Shown: positions 1-14,294 of the stretch, in pieces
Layout: every line of letters begins with the position of its first letter
Position numbering within the stretch: the first letter of the stretch is position 1
Assembly: GCA_951406725.2 (NCBI GenBank)
Contig: OX597820.1
Location: 28,892,001-28,956,000 of the forward strand
Direction: 5' to 3'
DNA: 64,000 nucleotides
From: Octopus vulgaris
Lineage: Eukaryota
The notes under the pieces: model-generated
Told to the model about the DNA's origin: nothing
Database searches by the model: none
What the model saw: the letters and a program-made list of their open reading frames with translations, nothing else
Made by a program: the position numbers and the translations under genes

Positions 1-462
1 ATCTATGTATGTATTTATGTATGAATAGATATGTACATTTAATTATATAGAGATATATGTATATATATGTATGTGTATATATGTATACATATGTATGTAT
101 ATATATGTATATATATATGTATATACATATACCTATAAATATATATGTGTATGCGCGTGTGAGTGTCTCTGTGTGCGTATGCAAAAATGGACACGTGTAA
201 TATATATTATATACATGTATGTATATATATATATATATATACATAAAAATATATGTGTGTGTGTGTGTGTGTATGCATCTGCAAGAATGGAGAAGTGTAA
301 TACATATTTTATATATATTATATTTATATGTCAAAGTAGGATTGGTAAATGTATACATGCATATATAATTTATTGTATAAATATATATGTACATATATAG
401 ATACGTATATCATATATAGATATATATGTATGAATATACATATATATATACATACATACGTA

Positions 463-541
<79 letters not shown>

Positions 542-780
542 CACCCATCCACACACACATGTACGCATGTAATAGAAGTTATACAAATATACCTGCTTCT
601 TCATTGAGTATTATTTATGTCGACGTTTAGTAATGCTTGTTTAAACATTCATTTGCATACATGTGCACTCGCGTGTACACGCATACGCACGCACAAACAC
701 TCTTATACACATACACTGTATGCGTATCTATGTGTGTATGTATGTATACATGCATGCTTATGCATATGCATGAATAATCC
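1..780. repeat. Compound (TA)n/(TATG)n/(GT)n/(CA)n microsatellite-rich low-complexity tract
   Basis: Directly visible dinucleotide and tetranucleotide runs; the ORFs here are YI/CV artefacts. Confidence 0.95.
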
Positions 781-1259
781 CACGCTCTTGTTGTAATAGA
801 AAATTAAGTATTGTCGTTTATAAAATTGTTATATGCAGATTATTTTTCTTGTTACTTAAGCTAGTTTATCGTAACTTAAAGGATTTATAGATGTCGGAAT
901 CATTTCCCTCGTAGATCAACATTTATGAAACACTAATACATTTAGAATGGCAAAATCTAGCTACGACATATAGTATGCTTCCACTTAAGCAGAAATCAGA
1001 TAAATCTGCATGGAATAAACATTTAAACTACCTGTATAAGGAAAATATATGAATAAAGAAGCAGAATCGTTATTTAAACATATACATAAATTCTGTACAT
1101 ATATATATGTATATATATCCATATGAATATATATTCATCAGGAGTCGTTTTTATTACTTTTGTTATTCTCTGATAAATGTAGTTACAAGCCTGTAATCAC
1201 GGCTTTTATAAAGAAGCTGTAGATATCATAATGGTTTTTGTTTCAACTCTTGCTAGAAG

Positions 1260-2690
1260 CTGAATTCAATAGAGATTTCAATGCTCTTTAGTTTTATAAT
1301 AACTGTTATTATTGAAGAATGTGGGAGAACTTTGAGTATCTTGTCTCTGAGAAACCATCCAAAATGCTTTTGTTGAGATCTTCAAAAGATGTCTAATGAA
1401 CTGATAAAGAAAACGTCTTGGTAAAAGAGGGATTTTCGGGGTCAAAGCAGACAAGAACAGTTTCGAGTAGTCCTGTCAAGGAGTACCATAAGGCGGGGAA
1501 AAGCAAATTACCAGGCCTGCTTATGTTAAGCTTTGGTAAATTACTCATTTCTTTACAGCCTATCTAGTTGGCCATACATAGAATAGGTTTATAAATACAC
1601 GTAACCTGGTGTGTTTTTGAATGCGAGGCCACTTGCTTAGCAACCTCACGTTGATAACCTGAAATATACTACTTTCTGTCAATAAAACAAGGATTTCTGT
1701 GACACTATCATTCGCAAAATTCTTCGGCGGCAGCAAATCGCAAGCAATTTTTGGTCGGTCTGAATTGGGGAGGGAGCTGGATGGCAGAGTTGTTTCGAAA
1801 AGTTTTCGATCACGAGGTACAGTACATCATCCTTTCTTTGGACAATACGTCGCTGGTGGTGCACATGAGAATCAATAAAACCAGTGGCGAGTCTCCGACC
1901 AGTGCAAATAAACCAGTGTTCTTCAGAAAATTTTTTTGTAATATTTCGCTATTGGAAAACTGGAATACCGTTTGAGGTAGATGCTGAAATTCTCTAAGGT
2001 TATCTATAAGTCATCTGAATTGTGTGTAGACAGTGTGATTTTTAGTCACAAGTAGAAGCTCCACGATTTCAACAGGCGAACTACACAGAACTAGATTTGC
2101 AATCTACACATTCGACAGTGATAAGAAACACAGACTGGGATCTGAAGACGCAAAGTTAAACGCATACTTATCTGCGGTCTTCGCTTACAATGACTATATT
2201 TGCGAATTCTCCAGCGGCAGTTAACAGATTGTAAGTACCTGACGTTGGAGTGCCCTAAGGGTTTTGAGTTGAATTTAAGCAGTATGGGAGGAATAAAATT
2301 ACAAACTGCGGGGACTTTGTGACGACTACAATAGATGATCAGAAAACATTTGCAAGAGATGAGAATGAGCTTCGACCATTTCTTCAACGCAAAACACGAT
2401 GATGCGTCAGATCTATGGGTGTGCTCTGAAACACGAGCAGATGAAAGCCCTTCAATAGGAACGAATGGCACATTTGCAACGTGTAATCAAAGACACAGTT
2501 GAGAATGTGCACTTGCAACTCGTTTTCAAGCAGATGTGTACGACTGCCCAACGGCTCATTTCTCAGGTTTCAGAGGGTAAGCGGCGGCAGCGTTAGACAA
2601 GAGACGGTAGTGAAGTTTAGTGCCTACCTTAACGGCTTCACGTGCTCACAACATACTAACCTAGAGGCTTCGAGAAACTTATAACAGTAG
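1260..2690 (+). mobile_element. Highly degenerate hAT (Buster/ZBED5-like) transposase remnant
   Basis: Fragments read across frameshifts in the expected order: CGRTLSILSL/KPSKML (~1320-1370; cf. CxxLSNESxKPSKL), ILSLDNT (cf. PLSNNT), FFCNISL, IRKHLQEMRMSFDHFF..DLWV (~2340-2420; cf. IxxHLxxLxxxFxxYF..W), and FSAYLNGF..RNL (cf. FxTTYLCExGFS..RNRL). No TIRs found. Confidence 0.45.
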
Positions 2691-3049
2691 CTGAACTATG
2701 GCGGACGGTATGTGGTTGTGCGAGGAAAAATATATCCTGGTTCGAATATTGCCCTAAGGACTATGCATAACTCTACCCGATTTCTTCATCGACATATTGG
2801 CTAAAATCTACTCTAATTAAAATCACCTTAAAGAAATCCCAATCAGAAAAAGGTAATACTGAAGAGAAACGGGGCCAACAGTTTGTCAAGCGATTTCTTG
2901 TCTTCTATAGTAAACTTCTGTTCCCGCTGTTCAATATCTTTATTTTCGATAAGCTGGTGTTTTTGCCAAGAGAAAATAAGGTGTTAATCATCCACTTAAT
3001 TCTTGTGAAATCTCCCAGTTCCTTGGATGGAAATGATGATTTCTTTCAG

Positions 3050-3255
3050 TGATACAGGGGTCACAAATTTAGCAGGGAGGGTATCATAGGTTATAATCGA
3101 TTTCAGTACATGAATGGTACTTTATTGTATCGACCGCTAGAAGGATGAAAGACAGAGTTGACCTCATCGAGATTTGAACTAAGAATGTAAAGGATCATAA
3201 TTAAATACGCCAAAGCATTTTACCCGGCACTCTAACGATCCTGTCAATTCACTTC
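3050..3255 (-). mobile_element. SINE family A (tRNA-derived), diverged copy
   Basis: ggtactttattgtatcgacc..gaaggatgaaagacagagttgacctc..gatttgaact matches the reverse complement of the intact copy at 45768-46001. Confidence 0.8.
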
Positions 3256-3817
3256 CTTTGGATTGAAATAATAACAAATAATTATTCAAAGTCATTACCG
3301 AAGAGAATTTTAAAGCAAATTGTCCGCAACGCATTATGTTTGGCTGGGTGCATGCACATGATTCTAATCATGCTATGGGAATAAAGGAGCGCGCTTTTCC
3401 GTTGCTTCCGGTAACGATTCGAACATTATTAAGATTTTCTGAAGCCTTTTCACGACAAGCATTTTGTTTTTCTTTTTCCATTCTTTCATTCTGTACCTGA
3501 TCTTCAGTCTCTCAACAGCACATCAGCAACATGTTTGGATTTTGGTCATGTGTTAGCGTTAATGGACATTGTTGCTTCAGAAACTCTTAACATTTCAGTT
3601 GTGACTACTTGAGTGATTTGAAATAACTGAACCGACACTCACCGACATTCTTTCATTTGTTATTTTCCTTTTTGTTTTTTGCTTTTTTTTTTTTTGCATT
3701 TAAGGGCTTGATTTGGATTTCGAATTAACTTCGTAAGTTCTAACAACAATCTTTCCCATGCGAACTTGTCAAAAGTTTTCAGAGCTTTCAGTAATTGTTT
3801 CCGATTATTTATCTAGC

Positions 3818-3950
3818 TCTGTAGTAAGAAGCTTGGTTCCTACTAGCCAAATTGCTTTAGATCCATTCCGTCTACGAGGCACCTAGGGCAAGTGTCTTCT
3901 TCTATAGCCCTGGCATGATTGTAGATTTGTGAGTGGATTTGGTAATTATA
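3818..3950 (+). mobile_element. SINE family B 5' part, diverged
   Basis: ggcacctagggcaagtgtcttcttctatagcc..tgtgagtggatttggta matches 43648-44191. Confidence 0.75.
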
Positions 3951-4095
3951 ACGCATCATCTTGGGGTAGAGATAATTATAATAAATCAAGAATTTATTTT
4001 GCATGGTGTTTGGCATACATGTGCATCTTATATACATGTGTGTGTGCGTGTATACATACACACACACAGACACACACACACATATATATATATAT

Positions 4096-4145
<50 letters not shown>

Positions 4146-4152
4146 TATATAT

Positions 4153-4197
<45 letters not shown>

Positions 4198-4270
4198 ATC
4201 TTTTTTTGAAAAGTAAAAATTTTGCATTATGTAGCTTGTTATTTTCTTTAAGTGAACATTTTTTGGTTAC

Positions 4271-4712
4271 ATATATATATATATATAAAGCTGAAGTTGT
4301 CTCTGTGTGTGTGGCAGGTTTGGTGGACTTCAACTAATACTATCTCCTCCGAGACCCAGCCGCGCAAGTTGACCAAAATTGAGATTATGATAGATGGCTT
4401 GCTCTTTATTCCGTAGAAGAAAAAATTCAAATCGGACCATGTTAAGACCAAAAATTATTTACATCAAAAAGGTGCTTTTTTCTATTAAAATCCCTATCTT
4501 TTACAATTTTTTGACTGCTGTGTCGCCATTTTTCGGTGTATTTCAACCAAAAAATGTTCACTTAAAGAAAATAACAAGCTACATAATGTAAAATTTTTAC
4601 TTTTCAAAAAAGATTGAAACTATGTCAAAAACTTTGTTAACGCAACATCAAAATCTGCCGTTTTAAGCGCAACTAAAAAACAAACCCGAGCAAAGCCGGG
4701 CTATACTTCTAG
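4271..4712 (+). mobile_element. Non-autonomous Helitron
   Basis: The 3' end has the GC hairpin cccgagc-aaa-gccggg (4685-4700) 8 nt before CTAG (4709-4712), followed by T. The 5' end begins in a tatatatataaa run, as in many animal Helitrons; the 5' TC is not preserved. Confidence 0.75.
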
Positions 4713-5329
4713 TATGTGTGTGTATTTTGCAATTAATACAAGCTTAACTTTTTACCATAAGTGGAAAATAACTTGGTTTTATGTTCTTATAAATACGAGC
4801 AATAAAAATGTAGTAATAGGTTTTCACAGAATAAATATTTTACTATGATAGCTTAACTGAAAGTATATTGTTATACGTATCGTTAAGATGAGTTTGGCAT
4901 ATATAATTTATATAAACATATATAACAAAAGTGAAAGAAAGATAACAAGGGAAAATAAGGAGACACGTGTTGCTTCGAGCCTTTTTTATAGCAAAAGTGT
5001 TTACTATATGGATTGTTGAGTTTGCGATTAACAGGGGGTTTGTTTTTGTGGTATAGTTAAAGAGAGAAAGGAGGAGGGAGAGAGAGAAAGAAGGAGGGAG
5101 AGAAAGAGAGAGAGCGTAAGAGAAACGAAATAGTTCAAGCAACGAAAGAAATAACCGTTAGGTCCAAAGTCATTTCTTGTACTCTAAGGACCGTGTCACA
5201 AAAATACAAGATATTTATTGTTGTTTACAATAGAGATTCGCATTTAATTCACCTGCAGACTACTATAACTACATTATAGAGTCACACACTAGAGTCACTC
5301 AGAAGAATTCTATTTGATAAGAAGTCCCT

Positions 5330-5495
5330 TCTGGTTTGGGGTTACAGGAAGGAACAATCGATTATGCTCCACAATAGAATTGATATAAAACAAAGTCGGT
5401 CGCCCCAAGCATTCGAATTCAGAACATAGAAGTTTTCTAATCGAATACCGCAAGATAGTTTGTCCATCACGCTAAAGATTCTTCTAATTCCTTTG
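5330..5495 (-). mobile_element. SINE family A, strongly degraded
   Basis: caaagtcgg..attcgaattcagaaca..cacgctaaagattcttctaattc is collinear with family A. Confidence 0.5.
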
Positions 5496-5599
5496 CTTAA
5501 TTATCCATTATTTGCTAGAAATACATTCATGACGTACGTCTCATACGTACGAGAAGGCGATACTCTAATAATAGATAATATTTATACACACATACACGC

Positions 5600-5975
5600 A
5601 ATGGGACCCTGAAGTATGTAACACACTGCCTCAATACCAATCTTGAGAAATTAGGCTTCTCAAAACCAGAAAGGAGACAACAAATTCGGAGACTACAGAT
5701 TCAATCCATCACTAGAACTGTAAAACTCTGTAAAACTTTCCAGTAGTTTATCATTTAAGTATATATGAGAATGTCTAGATATGCAACTATATGCATGAGA
5801 ATACATACATATAGCAAAGCAATACAAATCTGCACATATACAAAGATACAAACAAACTAAAATACCCTGTTGTTGATGTTGAAATTCCAATGAAAGAGCC
5901 TTGGATCCAGGTTAGAAACCGGTTCTTTCTCTATTGGCAAGAAATCTTGAAATAAAACTGAACAATGACATACAT
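5600..5975 (+). mobile_element. 3' end of an R4/Dong-like (RLE) non-LTR retrotransposon
   Basis: Reads GTLKYVTHCLNTNLEKLGFSKPERRQQIRRLQIQSITRTVKLCKTFQ*, resembling the extreme C-terminus after the PD-(D/E)XK domain. A 3' UTR follows, ending aataaaactgaacaatga into (CATA/TA)n. Confidence 0.65.
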
Positions 5976-5993
5976 TTATACATACATACACAG

Positions 5994-6066
<73 letters not shown>

Positions 6067-6069
6067 AAG

Positions 6070-6158
<89 letters not shown>

Positions 6159-6179
6159 AATACATATACAAATATATAT

Positions 6180-7198
6180 GTGTGGAGGGGGTACAAATAT
6201 TGCCCATCATCTTACATCACATTTTACGTCACATTTTCTTTTTACTTTCGTATATACACTCCGTGTTGTTTTGTTTCTCTGCGACCTTCGCAGGCACCGC
6301 CAATATGGGAATCCCTTAATGGTGCAAAACTGAGTATTACCATTTTGGTTGATAACTGATGAAGAATTAGGGACCCTCTGTGTTATATACGTATACGTCT
6401 TTCATCTATTATTGTTTATTTACATTCCATTATTTCATTTACTATATGACGATACGCAACACACATTCAACGTATATTAACAGTAAGGTTATATATATAT
6501 ATATATTCTGTGTGACTCTACTCCTCCTTTTTTTCACTCTCACCCTGTTACTTCTATTTCTAGCCTGTCCACTTTTCTCTTATTCTCTCTCTCGCCCTCT
6601 CACCTGTATTTATAGCCTTTCTCCTCACGCTTTGCCTTTCATACTTTCCCTTTTTTTCCCTCTGTCTTCTCTCTGTCCGCTCTCTATCACTTTTTCCTCT
6701 GCCTCCTGCTGACACGTGACTCGTGGCCAGTTTTCCTTCATTCTCTCACTTTCTCACACCAACCACCCAGCGATTCGGTCGCAAAAATTTTCTCCGTCCT
6801 GCTATTTGCTATTGTCTATATCCTTCAGGATTTCTTCTGATCATTACTCACTATTTTTGGCCGTCCTAAGACTGTATTCTACTCGTTTCATCATTGTTCA
6901 TCGTCTTAAATTACATTTTTTAATTTTCGTACATCTAATCTGTATCATTTTGTTTGCTTGGGGTTCGATTCACTGCGTCTTTTGCAGGTACCGCCAAATA
7001 TGGGACGCCCTCAGTCTTATCATCATTAACGGTACGAAACTGAGTAGTACCATTTTGGTTGATAATTGATGAAGAATTAGGGACCCTCGGTGTCTTATAC
7101 GTATGAGTTTTTTAGCTGTCATTCTTTATTTACAATGCTTTTTTTCATTTCTTAAGTAACGGCACGCAACACACACTCGACGTTTATTAACAGTAAGT
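6180..7198. repeat. Unclassified interspersed repeat present as two diverged tandem copies (shared segment ~6285-6488 and ~6980-7198) separated by (TA)n
   Basis: Both copies contain gcagg(c/t)accgcca..aaactgagta.taccattttggttgataa.tgatgaagaattagggaccctc..cgcaacacaca..ttaacagtaag and stop at a TA tract. Confidence 0.8.
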
Positions 7199-7215
7199 AT
7201 ATATATATATATATA

Positions 7216-7279
<64 letters not shown>

Positions 7280-7310
7280 CTTTATTAATAAAGATGCAAA
7301 GTCAATACAA

Positions 7311-7352
7311 AAACTGTTACTCAGAGTTTCACGTTCTCGTTCGTCTGACATT
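7311..7352 (-). ncRNA. Minimal type I hammerhead-ribozyme-like motif with one core substitution
   Basis: Minus strand: ugu-CAGACGA-acg agaa cgu-GAAA-cuc u gag-UA-acaguuu. Stems I, II and III pair; the core is CAGACGA instead of CUGACGA. Confidence 0.6.
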
Positions 7353-7359
7353 TACTCTG

Positions 7360-7398
<39 letters not shown>

Positions 7399-7418
7399 AA
7401 TATATATATATATATATA

Positions 7419-7464
<46 letters not shown>

Positions 7465-8440
7465 TATGTATATATAAATATATATATATACATACATATA
7501 TATATTTATGTATATATGTACGTACGTATATATTTATGTATAGAGATAGATAGATAGATACATACATACATACATACATACATACATACATACATACATA
7601 CATACATACATACATACATACATACATACTAACTCATTTACCAGCATATATTATATTATATTATATTATATTATATTCGGAAGTGGAGACTGAATCGTAA
7701 AAGAAAATAGGAAAATATATATTATCCATTTTACTTTATAATGACAAACAGACGAGAGTAAAGGTAAGCCCTTCCGAAATGAGAAGTCTGGCAAACTATT
7801 TTTAGGCGTGTCTTAGTAGCTATTCTATTTCACAGACTTGGCCGATAACCTTGAGAATGTTATGAAAGTCATGAATGTCATTAGACTTTATTTTATGTTT
7901 CCTATAAATTGGACGTCATGCATATATAGATAAAAATCAATGTATAAACGGAATAATATTACATAAGCTTAGCATCCAAGACATGATTTGCTTCCATGTA
8001 AATACATAAAATGTAATAGTGTGTCCTTGCCAGCAATTATTACGAACATACCCGTAGCCAGGAATGTAAGTAATACATAAATTGGTATATTCAATCGTGT
8101 TACACCGCTAAACTTATTTGTTATTTAAGCAATGTGTTTGTGGATAGCTGATGAGTTGGATGTGACCCTGATGAAAGATCAATATCTTTTGAAATACCCA
8201 TATACACACAGCACGTATATTTTCTATCTTCGATTGCATTATTTACATACACGTATCCGTTTACAAACATCGTAACATGAAATGCTGGCTCAGAATTCTA
8301 TAGAAAATCTACAGAAATAAACTTAAAAGTGATAACAAATTATATACTCATGCTCACACTGTTATGTATGCACTAGTATATACCTATACGCATAGTGAGT
8401 GAATATACGTATATACTAATGTGTATAGAACGAGCGTGTA

Positions 8441-8646
8441 CGATGACGTGCTGAAAAGTTCCCGGTTTGGGGTAAAAGAAAATACAAGAGGATCGGGTAA
8501 TTATGATTTTACTCCCTTCGCGGATTACCACACATTGCAGCGGTCCTTCAGGTTTGCTAAGCTCTGTAAAAAAACTCAGAACGTTTGGGCTCCAACCAAG
8601 CCTTTCACGATACCCTTCAAGCCAGGAACTTTTCAGCACACCCTTG
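8441..8646. mobile_element. Mariner-derived MITE (family M)
   Basis: TIRs gtgctgaaaagttcccggttt / aagccaggaacttttcagcac, TA at the left end; four related copies in the window. Confidence 0.85.
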
Positions 8647-8814
8647 TGTACATAACATTAGCTTTACAATTTAAAGATTAAAAACAACATAGTCAAACAT
8701 TATAATATTCATATACAAACATTATTATATAGACACAAATTTTGTGCATGTACGAAGATTACTACATACATAAATGTATGCTCAACCACACCATATTCGA
8801 TACACAAAACCAGA

Positions 8815-9000
8815 GAAATGGTTTCAGACTTTGGCACAATGCCAGCATTTTTTCAAGGTGGAGAATTTGATTGATCGACCCCAATATTAGGCTGGTACTT
8901 ATTTTATCGGCCCCGAAAAGATGAAGGGTAAAGTTGATCGCAGTGGAATTTGGACTCAAAACGTAAAAACAAACGAAATCCGGTTCTGCCAGTTCACCGC
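8815..9000 (-). mobile_element. SINE family A, short-tail form
   Basis: ctggtacttattttatcggccccgaaaagatgaagggtaaagttgatc..gaatttggactcaaaacgtaaa..gccagttcaccgc. Confidence 0.8.
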
Positions 9001-9154
9001 TTTGCACACAATCACAATAATATATACTCTTCGACAAGCTAAATATTGATTAATTTGCTATTATACATGCGCAGATAATCATTATTGTATTAAATTTAAA
9101 TGTTTTAAAAGGTTTAATAAAAAAAATAACAACTAATTAATCAATAATGTATTC

Positions 9155-9521
<367 letters not shown>

Positions 9522-10049
9522 CTATATACGTATATGAATACCATTATGTCCACACATCCACACTGTTACATATACACATTTCTATAGATATACACATATA
9601 CACATTTCTATAGATATACACATACAAACACTATCATGCATCCATACAAATTCATACAGTTTTTCTAAACAATAGCTTAATTAAATTGCTATATTCTTTA
9701 TATGATTTCCTTTCTTCTTATCTTAGGGTTAATTTGTAGCTTTTTGTTGTCTCGTATTTTTAAATTCAAATTAATGTTCATCTAAAAGATCAGGTTTGAT
9801 ATAAATTAATAAAGGAATGAATTTAATAACTGAAAAAAATATATGAATTTATTTTCACAGAATATATTTTATATTATATCTTCCTTTGTCTTTGGAATAA
9901 ATATTTTCGCTGCTTCTGATAGATAATGCCTTTAATTAGTTTGAATTTTTTTTTCCTTTCAAAAAGTCGTTTGTTCATCAAACTCATTTACATTTCAAGT
10001 TCAAATACAAGAGAAATTTTAACGTATACTTTTTTTTGATTTGCTACGG

Positions 10050-10245
10050 TCGGTGAGGAGACTGAATCGTTAGCGCGTAGGATGAAATACTAAGTAGTAT
10101 TTACTCTGGCTGACTCTTTGAGTTTTTCCAAGGTCGACTTTGCTTTACATCGTTTCGAGGTCGAAAAATAAAGTACCAGTCAGTTAGTAGGGTCGATGTA
10201 ATCGACTAACTCCTTCCCTTCAAAAGTTCTGGCCTTGTGCCAATA
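10050..10245 (+). mobile_element. SINE family A copy (tail-to-tail with the next copy)
   Basis: gaatcgttagcgcg..ggtcgactttgctttacatcgtttcgaggtcga..aaagtaccagt..gggtcgatgtaatcgact. Confidence 0.8.
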
Positions 10246-10418
10246 TTCTTTTCTACTTTAGGCACAGGGCCCGAAATTTTGGGGTAGGGGGCCAGTAGAT
10301 TACGCAACTGGTACTTAATTTATCGACCCCCGAAAGGATGAAAAGCAAAGTCGAGCTCGGTGGAATTTGAACTCAGAAAGTAAAGACAGACGAAATGTCG
10401 CTAAACATTTCGCCCGGA
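10246..10418 (-). mobile_element. SINE family A copy
   Basis: actggtacttaatttatcgacccccgaaaggatgaaaagcaaagtcga..gaatttgaactcagaa. Confidence 0.85.
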
Positions 10419-10772
10419 GAGAAGACAAAAAGACAAAATAAAACTAATAAAAAATTACTGGATAATTCCAGATCCCGGATTTCTGGCTTTGCATTTAGAA
10501 ATGCTTTGCCTCATAAGTGGAATATACGCAGAGAGAAACATAAATATATATATATATATATATATATACATACAACATACGAATAATTACATATACGGAG
10601 GAGTTAGGTAACAACAGCACGAACAAACACACACCGATTTTCCACATATGTAGTTGATATATATATATGTGTGTGTGTGTGTGTGTATGTATATGTATAT
10701 ATATATATGTGTGTGTGTGTATGTATATGTATAGATATAGATATATATATATGGGTGTGTATGTATATGTAT

Positions 10773-10864
<92 letters not shown>

Positions 10865-11552
10865 TTATCTGTGTGTGCGTGCGTGTGTGTGTGATTGAAG
10901 TTATTCTTCGTATTGCTATGTTCCTTTCTTTTCTGGTTTTCCTTATCGTATAACGTCAAACATGAAAGACGCACATGACAGACAACGAGCCACGAGGGAA
11001 GCTGCTACATTTTCGTTCGATTTCCAAAGAAATATCATGGAAATCTTTCTTCTGATCATGCACCGTACTGGCTTTCAAGAACATTAGACAGCAATACATT
11101 ATATGGATATACTTACACTAAGCTTGCAAAAACATGAAGGTGCAGTCCTAATTGGAGTGTCTTCAAAAATCGGTTTGCACTAACATGGCCGCAGGGGCTA
11201 CAAAAATGCACTATTTCTAGCAAGTTCTTTGCGAGTTGATCGTTTCATGTTTGCTTCTGCTTACTCTCTCTTCTATTATATGTAGCATCAGCCATTCGGT
11301 TTCGATCTCTCTCTTTCTTTCTCTCTCACTTTCTCTCTCTCTCTCTCCCTTTCTCTCCCACTTTCTCTCTCTTTCTATCTTTCTTAACATCTAATAGACA
11401 AATCAAATAATTAACGAGTAAACAAATAAAATTAAAAGGAAATAATTTTTTTTTTTAAATGACATAAAAACAAGGCGTGTATAAAAATATATGAAATTAC
11501 TAAACATCGAGAAGATGAGTGCAGTAACTCTTTCTTGCAATCCACATACATG

Positions 11553-11955
<403 letters not shown>

Positions 11956-12490
11956 AAAACTCACCCACCTCTCTCACTTTATAAATAGAAATAAGTTCAA
12001 CAAGAAGCTAGCAAAATATGAAAATAATAATAATAAAGACATTTAAACCCCAAAGTCGTTAAAAGAAATGAAAGAAAAAATGCCGAACTTTTTCAGAGCA
12101 GCTCATGGAAAAATACTGTGGCCGAGATGAGATTTGCATATATATAGTAAATGTCATATCAACAGAGTGGTAAAAAAAAATGCATGCAATAAAAAATAGC
12201 ACTATTAATATATGAATATTATTATTGCTTCGAAGCAGTGGAGAGATTTCCCGTAATATCAACTAATCCTTGCCATCCAGTAAGCACTGTAGAACTATAT
12301 ACGTCATATACACTCGGAAAACACACACACACACACAAACACACACTCACACACACTCACACACACTCACACATACATATATATATATATGTATATATGT
12401 AAATATATATACATATGTATACACATGCATATAAGAATATATGTATATATATATATATATATAAATATATACCTATACACATGCATATAA

Positions 12491-12533
<43 letters not shown>

Positions 12534-12539
12534 TACATA

Positions 12540-12593
<54 letters not shown>

Positions 12594-12739
12594 GCTTGAT
12601 GTTTTAGCAATATGTTCAATCTATGAGTAATGATGCATGCATTAACATTTTTTAATAGCTGGTATAGGTCGTTGAAATGGCAAATGTTGGCAAGCTATGC
12701 TTTTGCACTGTCCTTAAACCTGACTCTAATCCTTTCTAA

Positions 12740-13430
12740 AAAAAAATTCAGATGTAGACTGTTGTACCCACTTATTCAGAGTAATTTCCAATGTGATTCG
12801 TGTCATCAAATCGTTGTCCCTGAACACGATTCATCGTTCGATCGAAAAACGTCACTATATCTGGGCTGTACGGTGGATGGAGAACCACTATATTGCTTTT
12901 TCGCGGAAATTTACACAGGAAAGGAACTGGCTATTTGAGCCTACTTAAACCTCTTAAATCCTCCGTCACTTTTGCAATCAAACTAGAATATCCTCATTGA
13001 TAACAGGTTTGATGCTTCCTGTTTTCGATGATACGTTGTCGGTCTGTGAGGAACTCTTTTATACTGACATTTTCATGACGGTGGTGATTTAACTTTACAG
13101 GAAGTTATTTTAGTTATTTTCTAAATGCACAAGAGACTATCATAAGCCAGTTCTCTTTGGAACTCACAACATTCCAACAAGCATTTTCTGTCACCGATTT
13201 AGAAATCAACGCCACCATGATAATAAGCTTGTTGCCAATCAATCAATTCGAGTTGGCCAGAACATCTCTTTATATCAAAAACAACGACTCCACAAAGCCA
13301 CGTAGAGATTCGCCGAAATTGACCATTAAATTCAATATATTTCCAAAGAGATTTCAATTGTTATACTTCAGACACTTGTTCTACATTCACACTGCTATTT
13401 GACGCTATTCACTATAGCATCATTATATAT
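12740..13430 (-). mobile_element. Degenerate mariner transposase remnant
   Basis: The minus strand at ~12890-12800 reads VVLHPPYSPDIV..TMNRVQGQRFDD (mariner HPPYSPDL..L.G.RF motif). Upstream sequence is heavily decayed and the boundaries are approximate. Confidence 0.6.
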
Positions 13431-14294
13431 TACGTTGTTGTGCTATTACGATTCTGTTGGCCACATTAAAAGCTTTGTGTCGTCTGATGCTATCGTCTGC
13501 TTCTTTACAATTGCCGTGTTATGTTAAATTGTAAACAAACTTACCGATGACTAACATAGCCGTCTGCTTTGTTGAAGATACATTTCGTACAAACACATAA
13601 TTTAAAAAAAATTTTTTTATGGTACATATCAATATATTTTAGTACGTCATTTCAGAACTGCACATTTTTACAGTCCTGAATATCAGCCATTTAGCATATA
13701 GTTTTTCAGCATGTCGCCAGTTTACAGCAAGGAAGACAATTTGACTGCATGTATCGTACAATGCATATAGTATTTTGATTATTACCAGCATGTACGTATA
13801 CTATTTATCAAAAACACACATATTCTCAATCATATGTTTACACCTGTGTAATTACAATAGTAATTCTGTTATGTTATTTTGTGCAGAACATTTGATGTGT
13901 AGAAGACTTGATGTACTAACATTAAATTAATAATTTTATGTTTCGACATATAGGAAAACATAAAAAGAAAATATATTCAAACCAAAATATCTATTTCAAT
14001 GTAAATAACAGTGTAACAGGGAAATGTGGATAATATAGAAAAATAACAATAAAAAGTGACATATTTCAAACAGTAAATCACACATTCTCTCGTCTGATTT
14101 TGTATGTTTATATTTTTATAAATTATTTCTATCAAGATCATCCATATCTTCATATTTTTTTATATATTTTGTATATTTTTAACCTCATGTTGATGTTAGT
14201 TTTGTTTCACCATTATCAAATGTATTATTTGAGCGAATCAGCTACAAAAGAGGCAATGGAGTCGATTAGATAGTACCGACTCGTCCGTCAAAAG

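Noticed and set aside
4198-4614. MITE with 70-bp TIRs
   Set aside because: Sequence continues past the right repeat to a Helitron hairpin plus CTAG end and there is no TSD; treated as an inverted duplication.
5880-5932. Hammerhead-like fold in the R4 3' UTR (ccaatga..agcct/aggtt..gaaaccggttc)
   Set aside because: Two core mismatches and stem I out of register; could be a relic but is unsupported.
8165-8200. Hammerhead: ctgatga-aagat caat atctt-tt-gaaa
   Set aside because: Stem II is present but there is no stem III/UH or stem I partner.
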